A DNA stretch of 64,000 nt from Octopus sinensis (lineage: Eukaryota), in NCBI RefSeq assembly GCF_006345805.1, contig NC_043006.1:22754001-22818000 (forward strand), written 5' to 3'. The notes below the pieces were generated by a model. It made no database searches and was not told the DNA's origin. It saw only the letters and a program-made list of their open reading frames with translations. Both the position numbers and the translations under genes were made by a program. Shown one piece after another: positions 25,611 to 40,000 of the stretch; position 1 is the first letter of the stretch; every line of letters starts with the position of its first letter.

Positions 25611-26822
25611 GCACATACACATACATACACTCGTCATCGTCATCATCATATGATGTTCGCTCTCCATGCTGGCATAGATTTACCATAGCTAAAGTAGATT
25701 TTTTTAAGAAGAATTATGTTATTCAGTTTCTCGGTTTTAGTAGCGGTAGAAAGTTAGCAGAAATAAACGATACAGTATTTCTACTATAATGCCCTTTATT
25801 CCAAATATTTAGTTTTTTCCCTCCATGTTGTATGTTCAAATCCAGTCATAGTCAACTTTACCTTTCATACCCTTTTCTGAGTTAAGTTCTTCAGATGAAT
25901 ACTAATGCAAGGAGCTCGGTGGAATTAAAATGAAATATTCCAATAAAATTTAGAAACAGTGAAGAATATGGTAAAATATTACACCATTATTAAAGCTGAT
26001 GTTAAGGCAGCAAGCCTGCGGAATTTTTTGCATGCTGGGTGAAATGCTTAGCAGCATTTCTTTACATTCTGAGTTCAAATTCCACTGAGTTCCACTTTAC
26101 CTTTCATCCTTTCAGGATTGATAAAATAAGTACTAGTTCAGCCCTGGGGCCAATATAATCGACTTACTCCTGCCCCTGAAATTGCTGGCCTTGTGCCAAA
26201 CTTTGAACCTATTATCATTATTAAGGTGTTGAGCTGGCAGAATTGTTACTGCACCAGGTAAAAGGCTTAGTGGTATTTCATCCAAAGGCGGTGAGCTGGC
26301 AGAAACGTTAGCACATCAGCTATCTTACTTGATACTTGAAGAAAACTAAATCAATTGTGTCTTGTAATCTAGTTTATAAAATATTACTCTAATTTTATCT
26401 TCAATTCAATCCAGGTAAATCTCTTCAAGCGGCATTAATGAGCACATGTTGCATATAAACACACATTTACACATGCAGGTGCAGGCATGGTTATGCGCTT
26501 GAGAAGTAAACTTCTCGAATGTCTCAGTTCAGTCCAACTGTGGGACACCTTTTTTGGGGGGTAGGGGCTGTCTTCTACTACAACCGCAAATTGACTTCTG
26601 CCTCGCGAGGGGATTTGGTAGATGGGAAGCTGGAAGGAGTCTGGCATATATATAGGGTGAGCCGAAAGTTACTCACCAAAACATTTGACATATCATTATT
26701 TTATTCAATTTTAGAGAAGTTGAAGAATGTCTGTAACAATTCTGGAGTGTATTGAACTTATTCTGTGTGTGACTTTTTCCACCTTGTGTGTGTGTGTGTA
26801 TATATATATGCATATATATATA

Positions 26823-26880
<58 letters not shown>

Positions 26881-26882
26881 AC

Positions 26883-26949
<67 letters not shown>

Positions 26950-27008
26950 ATGTAACTACATGTGTTGTTGGTGATTTCTTTTCTTTCTTGGATTTTTTTT
27001 TCTTTCTC

Positions 27009-27044
27009 CTTTCTGATGAAGAGCAATGCTCAAAATATCAAAAA
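27009..27044 (+). ncRNA. Degenerate hammerhead-like motif (same family as 9554-9589)
   Basis: CUUU-CUGAUGA-A-GAGC-aau-GCUC-AAAA (G12 changed to A). The downstream flank resembles the 9.5-kb element. Confidence 0.45.
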
Positions 27045-28333
27045 CTCTCTCTTTTTACTGAGCATAAAACTAATACATTCCTTGTACACATCCTCTTGTC
27101 GTTTGCTAATGCTAATTTTACTGTTCGTTTGTTTGAACTGGAGGGGTTGCACTCAGGAGCTGAAGTTCTGTTGAGCTAATGCTGAGTTTTTCATGTCTTG
27201 CAAGAAGAAGGACCTCTTTTTATTTTGGAGGCCACTACAACAGACAGTAAATGACAGTAAATATAAGTTAACTTGATGACAAATACTTCTGGAAAAGAGC
27301 CAAACCTGCCAATGTTATTTTCATAGGTCCATCTAGGTGACACCAAAGGGTTGCATTTAGATAGACCCATCTTAAGTGATGCCAATGGGCTGTGGTCAAC
27401 TGTGGAATCCATTGCATGTGTTGTCCACCTAGATGACGTGCACTCATCTAGATAATACTTGGTTCGTGTGTTCATCTGGTGACCACACCCTTCTAGCTGC
27501 ATTCACCTGGAGGTTATGACACAGGCTAGTCATATCTTTCTTGGGGACATCAGCTCAGGGATATTTGCAACATGTGCTCCATTTTTGGTGGGGTGCTAAA
27601 GCAGAAAAGCCTTTTCAACGAAAATACCGATGTATCCACTTACAGTACACATGCAACATGTGGCATCACTTTAAATCAATAAAAACAGAAAATAAATAAA
27701 AAATAAAAATGCCTTATTTATTTTCAATTAACAGAAGAATTTCTATTCTTGGAAATTTTTTAGAAATTCTTCAAAAATTTCTGACTCTTTTCTATGTTTT
27801 TTGTTCTCAAGTACAGAAGAATATGTCCTGCCTTTTACAAAATCTGTTTTTACTGTTTTACTATCCTCCTGTTGGGTTTGAACCCAAGAATGGTCCTCAA
27901 GGAATTACATTTTCATGATGTTTTCTGTTGCTTTTATTTTATATTTTTTTTCTTTAATTCAGTCATACCTCTTTCAGAATCATCTAGCCTTTGTAACTCT
28001 CTCTCCTTTCTACTCTCTCTCTCTCTCTCTTACTCTTTCTCTCCTTCTCTCTTTCTCTCCCTCTCCTACATTTTCTCTCCCTTTCCTCCCTCTCTCCTTT
28101 TCCTCTCTCTACCACTTCAACAAACTTTTTAACCTTGTAATTTCTCTTTTTTTTCCTCACCTCTCACTTCCACTAACCATGTGACCACATGGTTAGTGGG
28201 AGTGGCTATCTGCTGTCTCACTCACTCTCCCTCCTCTCTCTCACTCACTCCCACCACCTCCTTCTCTCTCTAACAAATTAATGTGTAACTTGTAAACTAA
28301 CAAACAAGCAGAATTATAATATGGATATCTTAA

Positions 28334-28817
28334 CCCTTTCGATATCAACCTGCCTGAAACCGCCTCTGACTCTGTAGTACAAATGTCTTGTTTTCAAAAG
28401 TTCTGAATTAAAATCTGCCACCAAACCTTAGTCACAATTTATGTTCCTAACACTAGCTTAACTCATCATCTTTTAACATCCGTTTTCCATGCTAGCATGG
28501 GTTGGACGGTTCAACTGGGGTCTGGGAAGCAAGGAGGCTGCGCCAGGCCCAGTCTGATCTGGCAGTGTTTCTACAGCTGGATGCCCTTCCTAACGCCAAC
28601 CACTCCGTGAGTGTAGTGGGTGCTTTTTACGTGCCACCTGCACAGGTGCCAGACGAGGCTGGCAAACAGTCACAATCAGATGGTACTTTTTACGTGTCAC
28701 CGGCACAGGGGCCAGACGTTACTAAATTAACTAAGTTATTTTACTAAATTCATTGTTATATTTAAAATAATTGAAAGAAGTACAGAACGCCTCAAAATAA
28801 ATACGGTAACGAAAGGG
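28334..28817. mobile_element. piggyBac-like MITE interrupted by a family C SINE (about 28462-28720)
   Basis: TTAA-CCCTTTCG...CGAAAGGG-TTAA. Same family as 18943, opposite orientation. Confidence 0.8.
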
Positions 28818-29109
28818 TTAATTATTGTGTTCTTCTTTATAAAATGAAAGTCACATTCAGACTGTGTTGTTTGTTTCCATTTTCTTTTGTGTAGGATGTT
28901 TGTTGTTTGTTAGACTAGAAGATCATTACCTTGCTTGGAAACAAGAGAACGTTGGTATCAGAACGGGTAGCCAGCTTTAGAACATCTGGCTCCAATGTAA
29001 TCTTGTCTGATCCATGCAAGCATGGAGAAGTAGACGTTAAAAATGATGATGGCGATGATGATGAGGATGGTGGTGCTTGCTATTGTTGTTTGTTTGTTTG
29101 TTTGTTGAG

Positions 29110-29466
29110 CGTCTCAGATCTGTCTGCAGTGGGAGAAAGTCCGAAACGAGGTCCTTTGGTATTCATAAGACCCGCAGAAGAGAAAGCAGGTCAACCCCCT
29201 GACACCGAGTGCATCGACGGATGAATGAATGTGCATCCAGGTTCAGCGGTTGCGTAGGAAGTCGGGGACAAGAAACAGGAAGAAAGAGTGAGAGAAAGTT
29301 GGAGCGAAAGAGTACAACAGGGGTCGCCACCACCCCCTACCGGAGCCTCGTGGAGCTTTAGGTGTTTTCGCTCAATAAACACACACAACACCCGGTCTGG
29401 GAATTGAAACCGCGATCCTACGACCGCAAGTCCGCTGCCCTAACCACTGGGCCATTGCGCCTCCAC
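29110..29466 (-). mobile_element. SINE family B
   Basis: The reverse complement begins GGAGGCGCAATGGCCCAGTGGTTAGGGCAGCGGAC. Confidence 0.8.
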
Positions 29467-29497
<31 letters not shown>

Positions 29498-31695
29498 GGT
29501 GGTGATGGTGACAACCATGACTGATTGCTATGAAATTTCACTGAGAAACAGGCTTCTCAAAATTAGTGTTGCCAGCTGCAGTGGTGAGACTTAAAAGTTA
29601 GCAGTCACTATCAATGTTGAATGTGTGTGTGTGTGTGTGTGTGTGAGTGTGTGTTTTTCTGTGTGAGTGTGTGTTTATGATATACTTACATGATAAACTC
29701 CACAGTTGCAGTCATACATCTAACTACACAATATGAAATACTATATGTATAATGTGTGTGTGTGTGTGTGTAATTCATTTGGTTGCAAAGAAAAGATTTT
29801 GGGGTAATTGGTTCCAATTTGGCAATGGCAGCTATAAATCTGATTTATTCCAATGTTGATAAAGTTGGAAAGCAGTTCAATAATCAAAAATAATTATAAT
29901 GATAATAAGGATTTCTTTTATTATACTTATAATAATAATAATAATAATAATAATATTAATAATAACAAATATCATGATTGTGAAAATGTTTTTAATCCAT
30001 TTTTGAATTCCAATTATCTTTTATTTTGTTTATATATTTTATTTTTGATAAAAATTACCAGAAATTTGATAAATTGTGAAATGTCTTAACAATAAAATAT
30101 TTGGGTTTGCTTTTTATCTTTTTTTTTATGTTTCGTGTATTCTTCTATTCTTATTCTGATATGGCCTACCTACAATCTATTTCTTAATGTCATAAATAGC
30201 ATGGTTTTAAAATCAGCCGAAACATAGGTTTGTGTATTCCTACAGACCATTTTGTTGTTTATGAAATATATAAATCCTTAAAAATGTTTTAGCCCGAAGG
30301 CCGCAGCCATGCTGGGGCATTTTTTTTTTTTTTTCTAGAACTTTCCTGCCATCATTCTGCTAATGCATAAGCATCGCAGCATTTTATTTCAGCCTCCCAA
30401 TAAATTTGAGGCTTTGTGCACATGCACGAGACAAATATTTTTATCATGAGGGTATTGCTAAAAAGATTTTGGGAAAGGCATGAACATTACAAACAAGCGA
30501 ATAAATGAATAGACAAATAAATAATTCTTGAGATCAACTCTGTTGATAAATATTTTTTCTGGTCTGTATGTTTTCTAAGAAAATTTCTTAAAAATAGTCT
30601 TTGATTAGCAAAAAATGGTCATTCCAAACACATTTGACTCAGAAAATATTTGAAGTGTTTGTTAGAAATTTGGTGAGAATATCGTGTTTTTTCACGTTCA
30701 TTATTTGGTTAGAAACAGTTTGAATTCTGGCCATGCAGTAAATAAACATTTGGCAAATAAATTTGTCCAAGATGTATGATTTAAAATAATCAATGGAAAT
30801 CGTTTTATTGACAGATATTTTTTTAATAGGTTAATCAGTGAAGAAGCCTGTGACCTCTGCAGTCATGTCAAACTGCTGAGATTTAATACAGCTGGTGTTC
30901 AGCCTCTGTGGGCCATTTTGCGCATTAATAAATCACAAAAATACAAATGAAAGACCCTAGGCAAATAGGAAGTTCTAGAGGAGTGTAATTCTTGGGAGGA
31001 AGGACTGGCAGAAGGGAAGTCAAATGGGACAAAGTCGGGAGGATAAGAGGAGGAAGGACTTGTGCGTAAGATGGGCCTGAGTACAGAAACAGAAAGTATC
31101 TAGTTACTTAGTTCAAAAGGGCAAAAGCCATTGTTGTAGTTGTACAAAAGACAAAAATGCAGGAGTGGAGAGGACACATGATGACACCTCTTGCCATGAA
31201 CACTGTCCCTGGAAGGAAGATTTAGTACATACATCCATACATCCGCACAAACACCATACATACATGTAGAATTGTATTTGTGTGTGTATATATATATATA
31301 TACACACACACACAAACACACACACACACACATATATACACACATATATATATATATATGTTCCATCAGTTATGACAATAAGGGTTCCAGTTGATCCAAT
31401 CAACGGAACAGCCTGCTTGTGTAATTAACATGCAAGTGGCTGAGCGCTCCACAGACACATGTACCCTGAACATCATTCTCCGGAAGATTCAGCTTGACAC
31501 AGAATGTGACAAAGCTGGTCCTTTGAAATACAGGTACTACTTACTCATTTTTACCGACTGAGTGGACTGGAGCAACGTGAAATAAAGTGTCTTGCTCAAG
31601 GACACAACACAGGTCATCAGGAATTGAACTCATGACTTTACCATCTTGAGCCGAATACTGTAACCACTAAGCTGACAACTTCACACACACACACG

Positions 31696-31727
<32 letters not shown>

Positions 31728-32085
31728 GGCACAATGGTTTCAGGTTCAGTCCCATTGCATGCCACTTTAAGCATGTGTCTTCTATTTATAGCCTTTTTGA
31801 GTGAATCCAGAAAACCAGAGCTGACAGAAGCCTGTCGTGTGTGTGTTCATATCTACTTATCTTGACATCACACACAGATTGTAAAAGAAGTCACTACTCA
31901 TGCAAAAGGGGTGCCATTTGCTTGCAGTCTCCTGTGAAAAAGATGTCCAGGTTAAGGGAAATAATTGCTTTTGCTTGAAATAGGTGAGGATCAGCATCAG
32001 GAAAAGCATTTGGCCAAAGAAAATCTGCCTCAACAAACTTATTCTGACCCATGCAAGCATAGTAAAGTGGATGTTAAAACAGTGA

Positions 32086-32139
<54 letters not shown>

Positions 32140-33317
32140 TTCAGCAAAATTTACGTTTGATGGAAGACTTCTATAGATGGCTGAAGATTGCTCAACATTT
32201 TAAAACTGATGTAATACTTACAATGTTTAATAAAATGAAGTAGCATGAAACGATCGTACCAAATTACCGAAGATATACTTGTTGCTTATTTTGATATATA
32301 TATATATATATATATACATACATACATACATACATACATACACACACACATATACATACATACATACACACACACATATATACATACATACATACATATA
32401 TATATACATGCATACATACACACATATATACATTTGTGTATATGTATGTATGTATATGTGTGTGTGTGTATATAATGTGTTTAACAAAACGACAGTAGTT
32501 ATATCACATATATGATATATTGGTTGTGGTAGTAGTAGTAGTAGTAGCTGATAGTTGCAATGATAGTGAAAGTTTAATAGATTAGTAAAACTATATATTG
32601 TATCTAATCACGTAGCTTTCTTTACAAGAACCGTTTCATAGAAATGTTCCACAAGAGATTAAGCCATTGGAACCCAATGGAAGACATCATCTTCCCTTAT
32701 TGATTCCCAAGAACAAGACCTATCATAATATATAAACTGTTAAATGTTAGAAGTTGTCATCTCAGACCAAAATATTTCTATTCTTTATTTTCTGTTACAA
32801 TTTTTAATATTTTGAGATTTTTCTTTTTTTCTTCCCTCTCCAGTTTCTGTATTTTCTTCTCTTTGCCCCCCCCCCCTCCAATTCTCCTGCTCTTTTCCCC
32901 TTTGTCTCTCTTTTCCTTCTTCTCTCTCTTTTCTTTTCTTTGATTCTAAACCTAACAACCTTCATTGGCAACTAAAGTTCGTGCCTAGAATTTGCAAAGT
33001 ATATTTCGAATAATTATGAAAATGAAATTATTTTTCTGATGTTTTATATATTTCAATGTTGAATACATTTAGTTTTATTGGAATCATTTTTTTCCCCCCC
33101 AATTTGATCTTTTTAATTTAAGAATTTACAATGATGAAAAAAAAAATTATTTTAATACATATTTCATTCTGGAATAAAATATTACATTTAGTGTTAATAA
33201 CTGTTGTTCTTTCTTATTTGCTAGCCATTGGGTTAGCAGAAACCACTGTACCAAATATCACTAATTTTGACTTCTAATGTTTCTTTTTTTTAACCACATT
33301 GCAGTACTTTGTAATAA

Positions 33318-33703
33318 GGAGGCGCAATGGCCCAGTGGTTAGGGCAGCGGACTCGCGGTCATAGAATCGCGGTTTCGATTCCCAGACCGGGCGTTGTGAG
33401 TGTTTATTGAGCAAAAACACCTAAAAGCTCCACGAGGCTCTGGCAGGGATGGTGGTGATCCCTGCTGTACTCTTTCACCACAACTTTCTCTCACTCTTAC
33501 TTCCTGTTTCTGTTGTACCTGTATTTCAAAGGGCCGGCCTTGTCACTCTCTGTGTCACGCTGAATATCCCCGAGAACTACGTTAAGGGTACACGTGTCTG
33601 TGGAGTGCTCAGCCAGTTACACGTTAATTTCACGAGCAGGCTGTTCTGTTGATTTGGATCAACCGGAACCCTCGTCGTCGTAACCGACGAAGTGCTTCCA
33701 TCC
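33318..33703 (+). mobile_element. SINE family B, full length with target-site duplication (TSD)
   Basis: tRNA-like head; 15-bp TSD ACTTTGTAATAAGGA at 33306-33320 and 33704-33718. Confidence 0.9.
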
Positions 33704-33939
33704 ACTTTGTAATAAGGAAGATTTTGCTATACTTTCACTGTGAAATTAAATTTCATGGTTATTTCAGTAACAATGTTGAATATCTACCAAAGAGTAGAAT
33801 TGATATTTTTGCTAATTATGTTGCCTCAATAAACTTGACGTCTCTCAACAGAAAATAATTTCAAACATGACAAAAGATAGATTGGTATATAAAATTGTAT
33901 TCTGCAATTAGAAGTAATGAAATTTTAAGTGGCTATATA

Positions 33940-34232
33940 CGATCTGATACGATCAACGGAACAGCTTGCTCGTGGAATTAACGTGCAAGTGACTGAGCAA
34001 TCCACAGACACAAGTACCCTTAACGTAGTTCTCAGGGAGATTCAGCGTGACACAGAGTGTGACAAGGCCGGCCCTTTGAAATACAGGTACAACTCATTTT
34101 TGCCAGCTGAGTGGACTGGAGCAACGTGAAATAAAGTGTCTTGCTCAAGGACACAACGCATCGCCAGGAATCGAACTCACGACCTTATAATCGTCAGCCG
34201 AATGCCCTAACCACTAAGCCATGCACCTTCAC
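33940..34232 (-). mobile_element. tRNA-derived SINE (B-related body) with TSD
   Basis: TSD TTAAGTGGCTATAT on both sides. Related copies at about 18440-18760 and 31365-31680. Confidence 0.8.
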
Positions 34233-34256
34233 TTAAGTGGCTATATGTGCTTACTG

Positions 34257-34560
34257 TGGAGGCACAATGGCCCAGTGGTTAGGGCAGCGGACTCGAAGTC
34301 GGAGGATCGCAGTTTCCATTCCCAGACCGGGCGTTGCGTGTGTTTATTGAGCGAAAACACCTAAAGCTCCACGAGGCTCCGGCAGGGGATGGTGCCGACC
34401 CCTGTTGTACTCTTTCGCCACAACTTTCTCTCACTCTCTCTTCCTGTTTTTTTAGTAACGCTCCAATGGACTGGCGTCCCGTCCAGCTGGGGGGAACACA
34501 TACGCTACAGAAACCGGGAAACCGGACCCATGAGCCTGACTAGGCTTGAAACGGTCAATG
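34257..34560 (+). mobile_element. SINE family B variant with TSD
   Basis: TSD TATATGTGCTTACT on both sides. Confidence 0.8.
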
Positions 34561-34621
34561 TTATATGTGCTTACTACAGCAAGATGATTAATAGAACAAA
34601 ATTACTTTTAAGAGTTTCTTA

Positions 34622-34945
34622 AGACCCCAGGACTTATTCTTTGTAAGCCTAGTACTTATTCTATCGGTCTCTTTTACCGAACCTCTAAGTTACGGGGGCG
34701 TAAACACACCAGCATCGGTTGTCAAGCGACGTTGGGGCGGGGACAATAACAGACACACATACATATATATGCATATATACGACGGGCTTCTTTCAGTTTC
34801 CGTCTACGAAATCCACTCACAAGGCCTTGGTCGGCCCGAGGCTATAGTGAAAGACACTTGCCCAAGGTGCCACACAGTGGGACTGAACCCGGAACCATGT
34901 GGTTCATAAGCAAGCTACTTACCACACAGCCACTCCTACGCCTAT
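34622..34945 (-). mobile_element. SINE family A (3'-truncated)
   Basis: Reverse-complement match to family A. Confidence 0.8.
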
Positions 34946-35404
34946 GTTACAGTAAGTACTGTCTCAGAGAGAAAGCAAGAGCACGGAATATTAGGTTCTT
35001 CACTACTTGCGATAATTTCACTTTTCTATGAATTATCCTATTTGAATTTCATTGAAGAACAAGACTAGATACAGGATTAATACCATAAGTTATCTCCCTT
35101 GGACTCCCGCTCATAAAATTAATTCATTTTATATAGGAGAGATTTCTGCGTTACCTCCCTTGAATTGTTGCTAATCAAAACAAAGATAATTTATTAATTT
35201 TACTAAGGAATTACGTATCTAGTTTAGTCAATATACAGATCCTCACCCATTAGCGTAAAAACAAAACCCAGCCTGCTGGATGTTAGCAATTGTGTAGAAA
35301 ACGAATATGAAAAAAAAAATTGCGCAAACGAACCTTAGAGGACTTTCGGAAAATTCACAAGATCCGACTTTTCCTTCATAACTTTCAGGAAAATAGATAT
35401 ATTC

Positions 35405-35795
35405 TTTTATTCTCTTACTTGTTTCAGTCATTTGACTGCGGCCATGCTGGAGCACCGTCTTTAGTCCTGCAAATCGACCCCAGAGCTTATTCTTTGTAAG
35501 CCTAGTACTTATTCTATTGGTGTCTTTTGCCGAACCGCTAAGTTACGGGGATGTAAACACACCAGCATCGGTTGTCAAGTGATGTTGGGGGGGACAAACA
35601 CAGACACACAAACATATACACATACATATATTTATATATATACACACATATACGACGGGCTTCTTCCAGTTTCTGTCTACCAAATCCACTTTCAAGGCTT
35701 TGGTCGGCCCAAGGCTATAGAAGACACTTGCCCAAGGTGCCACGCAGTGGGACTGAACCCAGGATCATATGCTACTTACCACACAACCACTCCTG
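35405..35795 (-). mobile_element. SINE family A
   Basis: Reverse-complement match; joined to a head fragment of another SINE. Confidence 0.8.
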
Positions 35796-35911
35796 GAGCA
35801 ACGTGAAATGAAGTGTTTTGCTCAAGAATACAACACGTCGCCCGGTCCAGGAATCGAAACCACAATCTTACGATCATGATGCTGACACCCTAACCACTAA
35901 ACCACGTGCCT

Positions 35912-35951
<40 letters not shown>

Positions 35952-37019
35952 GCCCCCTACTCATTTTTGGTTCCACAAACACATGATGTTTTGTACTGGT
36001 CAAATGATACTCTCTAATTTCACTTTGTCACAGTATTTCTTTGCTATTTTTGCTTTTCTTTTTTCAAAAGAGTTTGCTGTTATTTCTGCACTCATATTTT
36101 TTGTAGCTTTCAAAACAAAACATAAAACACAGGAATTACTTTGCCATACTACTGCTGGAAATTTCTCCAAAAGAAATCTGTGCAGAAAGGCGAGTAGATT
36201 GATTATATATTTCTTTCATTATGCTATCGCAGTTTTATGAGATTTGGCTGTTATTTCTAGCATGTGGATAGCCTGCTTGAAGGCCAAGGCTGTAGAATTG
36301 AGAGGGGAGGGTGTTGGGTTTTTTGAGGATTTTTCTTTATCAATATATATCCATTTTCCTGAAAGTTATGAGGGAAAAATCGGATCTTGTGAATTTTCCA
36401 AAAGTCTTCTGAACCCACGTTCATTTGCACAAATTATTTTTTCATATTCGTTTTCTACACAGTTGTTAACACCCATCACTCTGTTTTCCCCCATCATTCT
36501 CTCTTGCTGCATTACAACATTCGTACAATTTTCTATTCAATCTCTCTACCAACAATCGTCATGTAGCTGTTTACAAAACACTATTCACTCTCTCTCTTTC
36601 TACCATCCATATAACCGCAGCCATCACTCGCAAGATGATGTTGCAAGTGGTGTTTGTTGGCTGGTCTGAGATGGTGACTGGTTCAGTTGATGGAAGAGAA
36701 TGTGTTTCTTGGGGTACGTGAAAAAGTTCCTGAACGACATCCGCCAACATTTAACAGAAGATTTTATTATTGCACATAGAGTTAAACTGTATTGGTCTTT
36801 TACAAATAACAATGGCAATAATCACATACCGGGAGAGATATACTGCTTGGAGTTTACAGCAAGCTTACTGATACAAGCAACACCTGACTGACCCAACACA
36901 ACTGGAAACAATTGTGCTGTATACACATGTGCTTGGATAGAATGGAAACACATCGCACGATTGCTTGGCTAGCGGTGAACCACTTGTAGATTCAAAGAAG
37001 TTTTACTTTATAAATATGA

Positions 37020-40000
37020 GAGGTCAGAGGTGGGGATAAAGTTTTTAGGGAGCATAAAGAACAGCTAAGAGTCTCTACAAAACAACGTGTAGAGATCAGA
37101 TCTGTGGTGCAAGATTCTGGCCAAATGAAAGACGATGTAATAGGAGAATTATATTGTAGACAGTCATAACAGCTGAAAGAAAGGCTTAGCTAGAAAGGAA
37201 TTGAATTTCAAGTACACTTAGCACAGAGAGTAGGAAGTTAAAAGTGTGCAAATGTTCTATGACATGTGGTTCAGGGGTGTGCTAGAGAGAATCAAGATGT
37301 CACCGGGGAGAAATGTGTATGGAAAAATGATGGTACACTTGCCCTTACTGATGCTGGAAAGAAAGGTGCATGGACACATTATTATAAGAAGTTGTTTAAC
37401 TAGAGAGGAGTAGTCTGCTCCATGTAGATGCAACAGAAAGTCCTGTTACTGAAGTTAACAACAGTATGGTAAAAATATATGAAGCTACTTTGGCAGTGAA
37501 AGCAGCTAAACTAACAGAGATGGTCACTGAGCTGCCAAAAATATCTGGTAAAGTTGGTCACATGTTAGTGACACACATAATCAGGAAGTACAAGGTGTCA
37601 TACCTATTGACTACCAAAGCTTATAAGGGCAAAGATGTTCAAGAAAGAAGTAGCAACATTATTAGGTTAATAGATCGAGTGATAAAAGTTACCAAAAGAA
37701 TTTGGAAGAGATTTAGTCAAGATGAGGTGCAGTTTGACTTTGCACTACAAAGAATCTCTCTCAATATTCTCCTATGAGACAACTGCAGAAGTGTTTATCT
37801 TGGAGTGAATAAGCCACTATATTTAGCATTTGCTGACCTAGGAAAGCAATACACTAATTTTTTGGTCACCAAAGAAGCTAAAAGTAGATGAATAGATTGA
37901 GACTATGGACATGAGTTAACAATGAATTCTTCAATGATTTTTAGCATGCTGTAATGGTTACAGATGCTTCTCAGTTCTCTATCCTATTAGTGGCGTGCCT
38001 CAAGGTTCAGTGCTTGGGCCCTTGTTGTTCTTAGTCTTCATAAATGACTTGCCCGACGACCTCACGCAACACACCCTTCTATTTGCCGACGATATCAAAC
38101 TGGTTGCTTCTTGCGGTAATATAGAGGATCTTCGTCGATGCCTCCACCAAATTTGGAAGTGGTCTAACGATTGGGACCTGTGTCTGAACGTGTCAAAGTG
38201 CTGTCATCTGCCTGTCGGCTCTACTCCTGCAACTCAACTTGATTTCGAGCCGGGTCGTCTGCTACTGGAGAGGACCGATCAGGTAAAGGACCTGGTTATC
38301 TTGGTGGATTCCCCCTTTTCGCCTTCGGCCCAGTGCGTCCATGCTGCCAACAAAGCACGCGGAATTCTGTTCTTGATTCGACTGTCATTCGGAATGCTCA
38401 CAGCAGCCATATTCCTACCACTCTATGTCATGCTGGTGAGACCCATATTGGAGTATGGGATTCAAGCCTCTTCTCCTTATCTCCTCAAAGACATACAGCA
38501 TCTCGAAAGAGTCCAGAAGCTGGCTACCCGCATGGTTCATGGTCTCAAAAATTTGTCCTACGAAGAAAGGCTGAGGACGCTCGACCTTTATTCTCTTGAA
38601 AAACGCCGCCGCCGTGGTGATCTCATTCTCGCCCACAACATCATAAGCGGAAAGTGTAACCTCTCAAAAGAGCTGTTCTTCACTCCTGCTCCAGAGCGTC
38701 GGCTGCGGGTCATTCCGAAAAGCTCTACCTGCGACGATTTCATCTCAATTGAAGGAGAGGAGCTTTCTCCGTCCGGGTTGCGGATCCGTGGAACAAGCTG
38801 CCAGACAAGATGGTGAAGATGCCGACGACCGCTTTGTTCAAAGCCTCCCTGGACCTCAAGTGGCCTGAACTCTTTACATGAACACCACCCTGTACTTAAC
38901 TCCATGTCCCCCTACATGGCCTTGCTATTTGCTTTTGAGCCAAATTAACTAACTAACTAACTAACTATTACAGTCATCCATGCCATGAAAGGGGAATTTA
39001 AGGCTGGCTGTTTATACAGAGTTCATGTACTTGAATCTAAAGGCCTGAAATCAAACTTATCAAAAACTAAATTTTGACGCCTGCTGGGTTCGGCTGCTCT
39101 GCATTGATAAAGGGCAAATACCCTGAAACATGTCTGCAGATGCCTGACCAGCAAGAGGAAACGAGTGACCTCCCCTGTTCAAAGGCTATAATGGACACAG
39201 GTTCGTGTGTCATATAGCTAGCTATAGGCAATGGCCTCTTGGAGCTAATCAACGGCAGCTTTCATCCTATATTTATGGACTGCCATATTAGCTTGGCGAT
39301 AACTGTTAACAAGTTTTAGTAAATAGGAAAGAAATCAGGTCTCTGCAACCATCAGGGGGAATGGATGTACTGGATATGTACAAAGGGAGTATATGGAAAT
39401 TCCAAATGGTGTATCCAATAGATACAGAAGAGATGTAGTGGCATTATAACTAGGTTGGGAGAGAAGTTAGACTTTATAGTGAAATTGTCATTGAAATGAC
39501 ACACTATAATCTAGTCAGTATGAGAGAAAGAGGATCACCATCTTGTTCGTAACAACAAGAAAACAGAAATTCATAAGACGTTTGTAATAAGTCATACCAT
39601 ATTTATTACTGGGAGGTAATGCATTAATATATAAGGTTAATTGAAGGTAAACTTGTAACCTTACATGAATATATTCTGTTAGCAATCAAGTCTCCAAGTA
39701 AGTGAAGCAAACATGCATGGAAGCTGGTATGTATGTGGCAGCTTGACTCAAATGCATGTCGAAGAATCAACAGACACTGGGTGGTGCGAATTTAGAAATT
39801 CCTTCCTTTATGTAAGGAATGAACCAGAAGTCCCTGATTTCCACATAAACCAGAAGTTTCCAGAATGTTCGAGAACTTTCTAGAAGTTTGAGGGAGATTA
39901 CTCTTGTTATATCTCATTTCTGTTTTGCTTTCCTGCTTGACCACATGGTTCACTACAACTTCATATGCAGTTAATGCACAGAAGCTGTCAGTTGTAAGGG

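Noticed and set aside
27130-27700. Non-repetitive tract with a 103-aa minus ORF and a possible ~25-nt micro-exon
   Set aside because: No recognisable motif or partner exons; may be a decayed retroelement region.
30829-30950. Acceptor-like site followed by a short open frame (also about 32620-32735)
   Set aside because: Short, with no homology recognised and no upstream exons to join.
33318-33395. tRNA-like sequence
   Set aside because: It is the head of a SINE with body, tail and TSD; no independent tRNA gene is supported.
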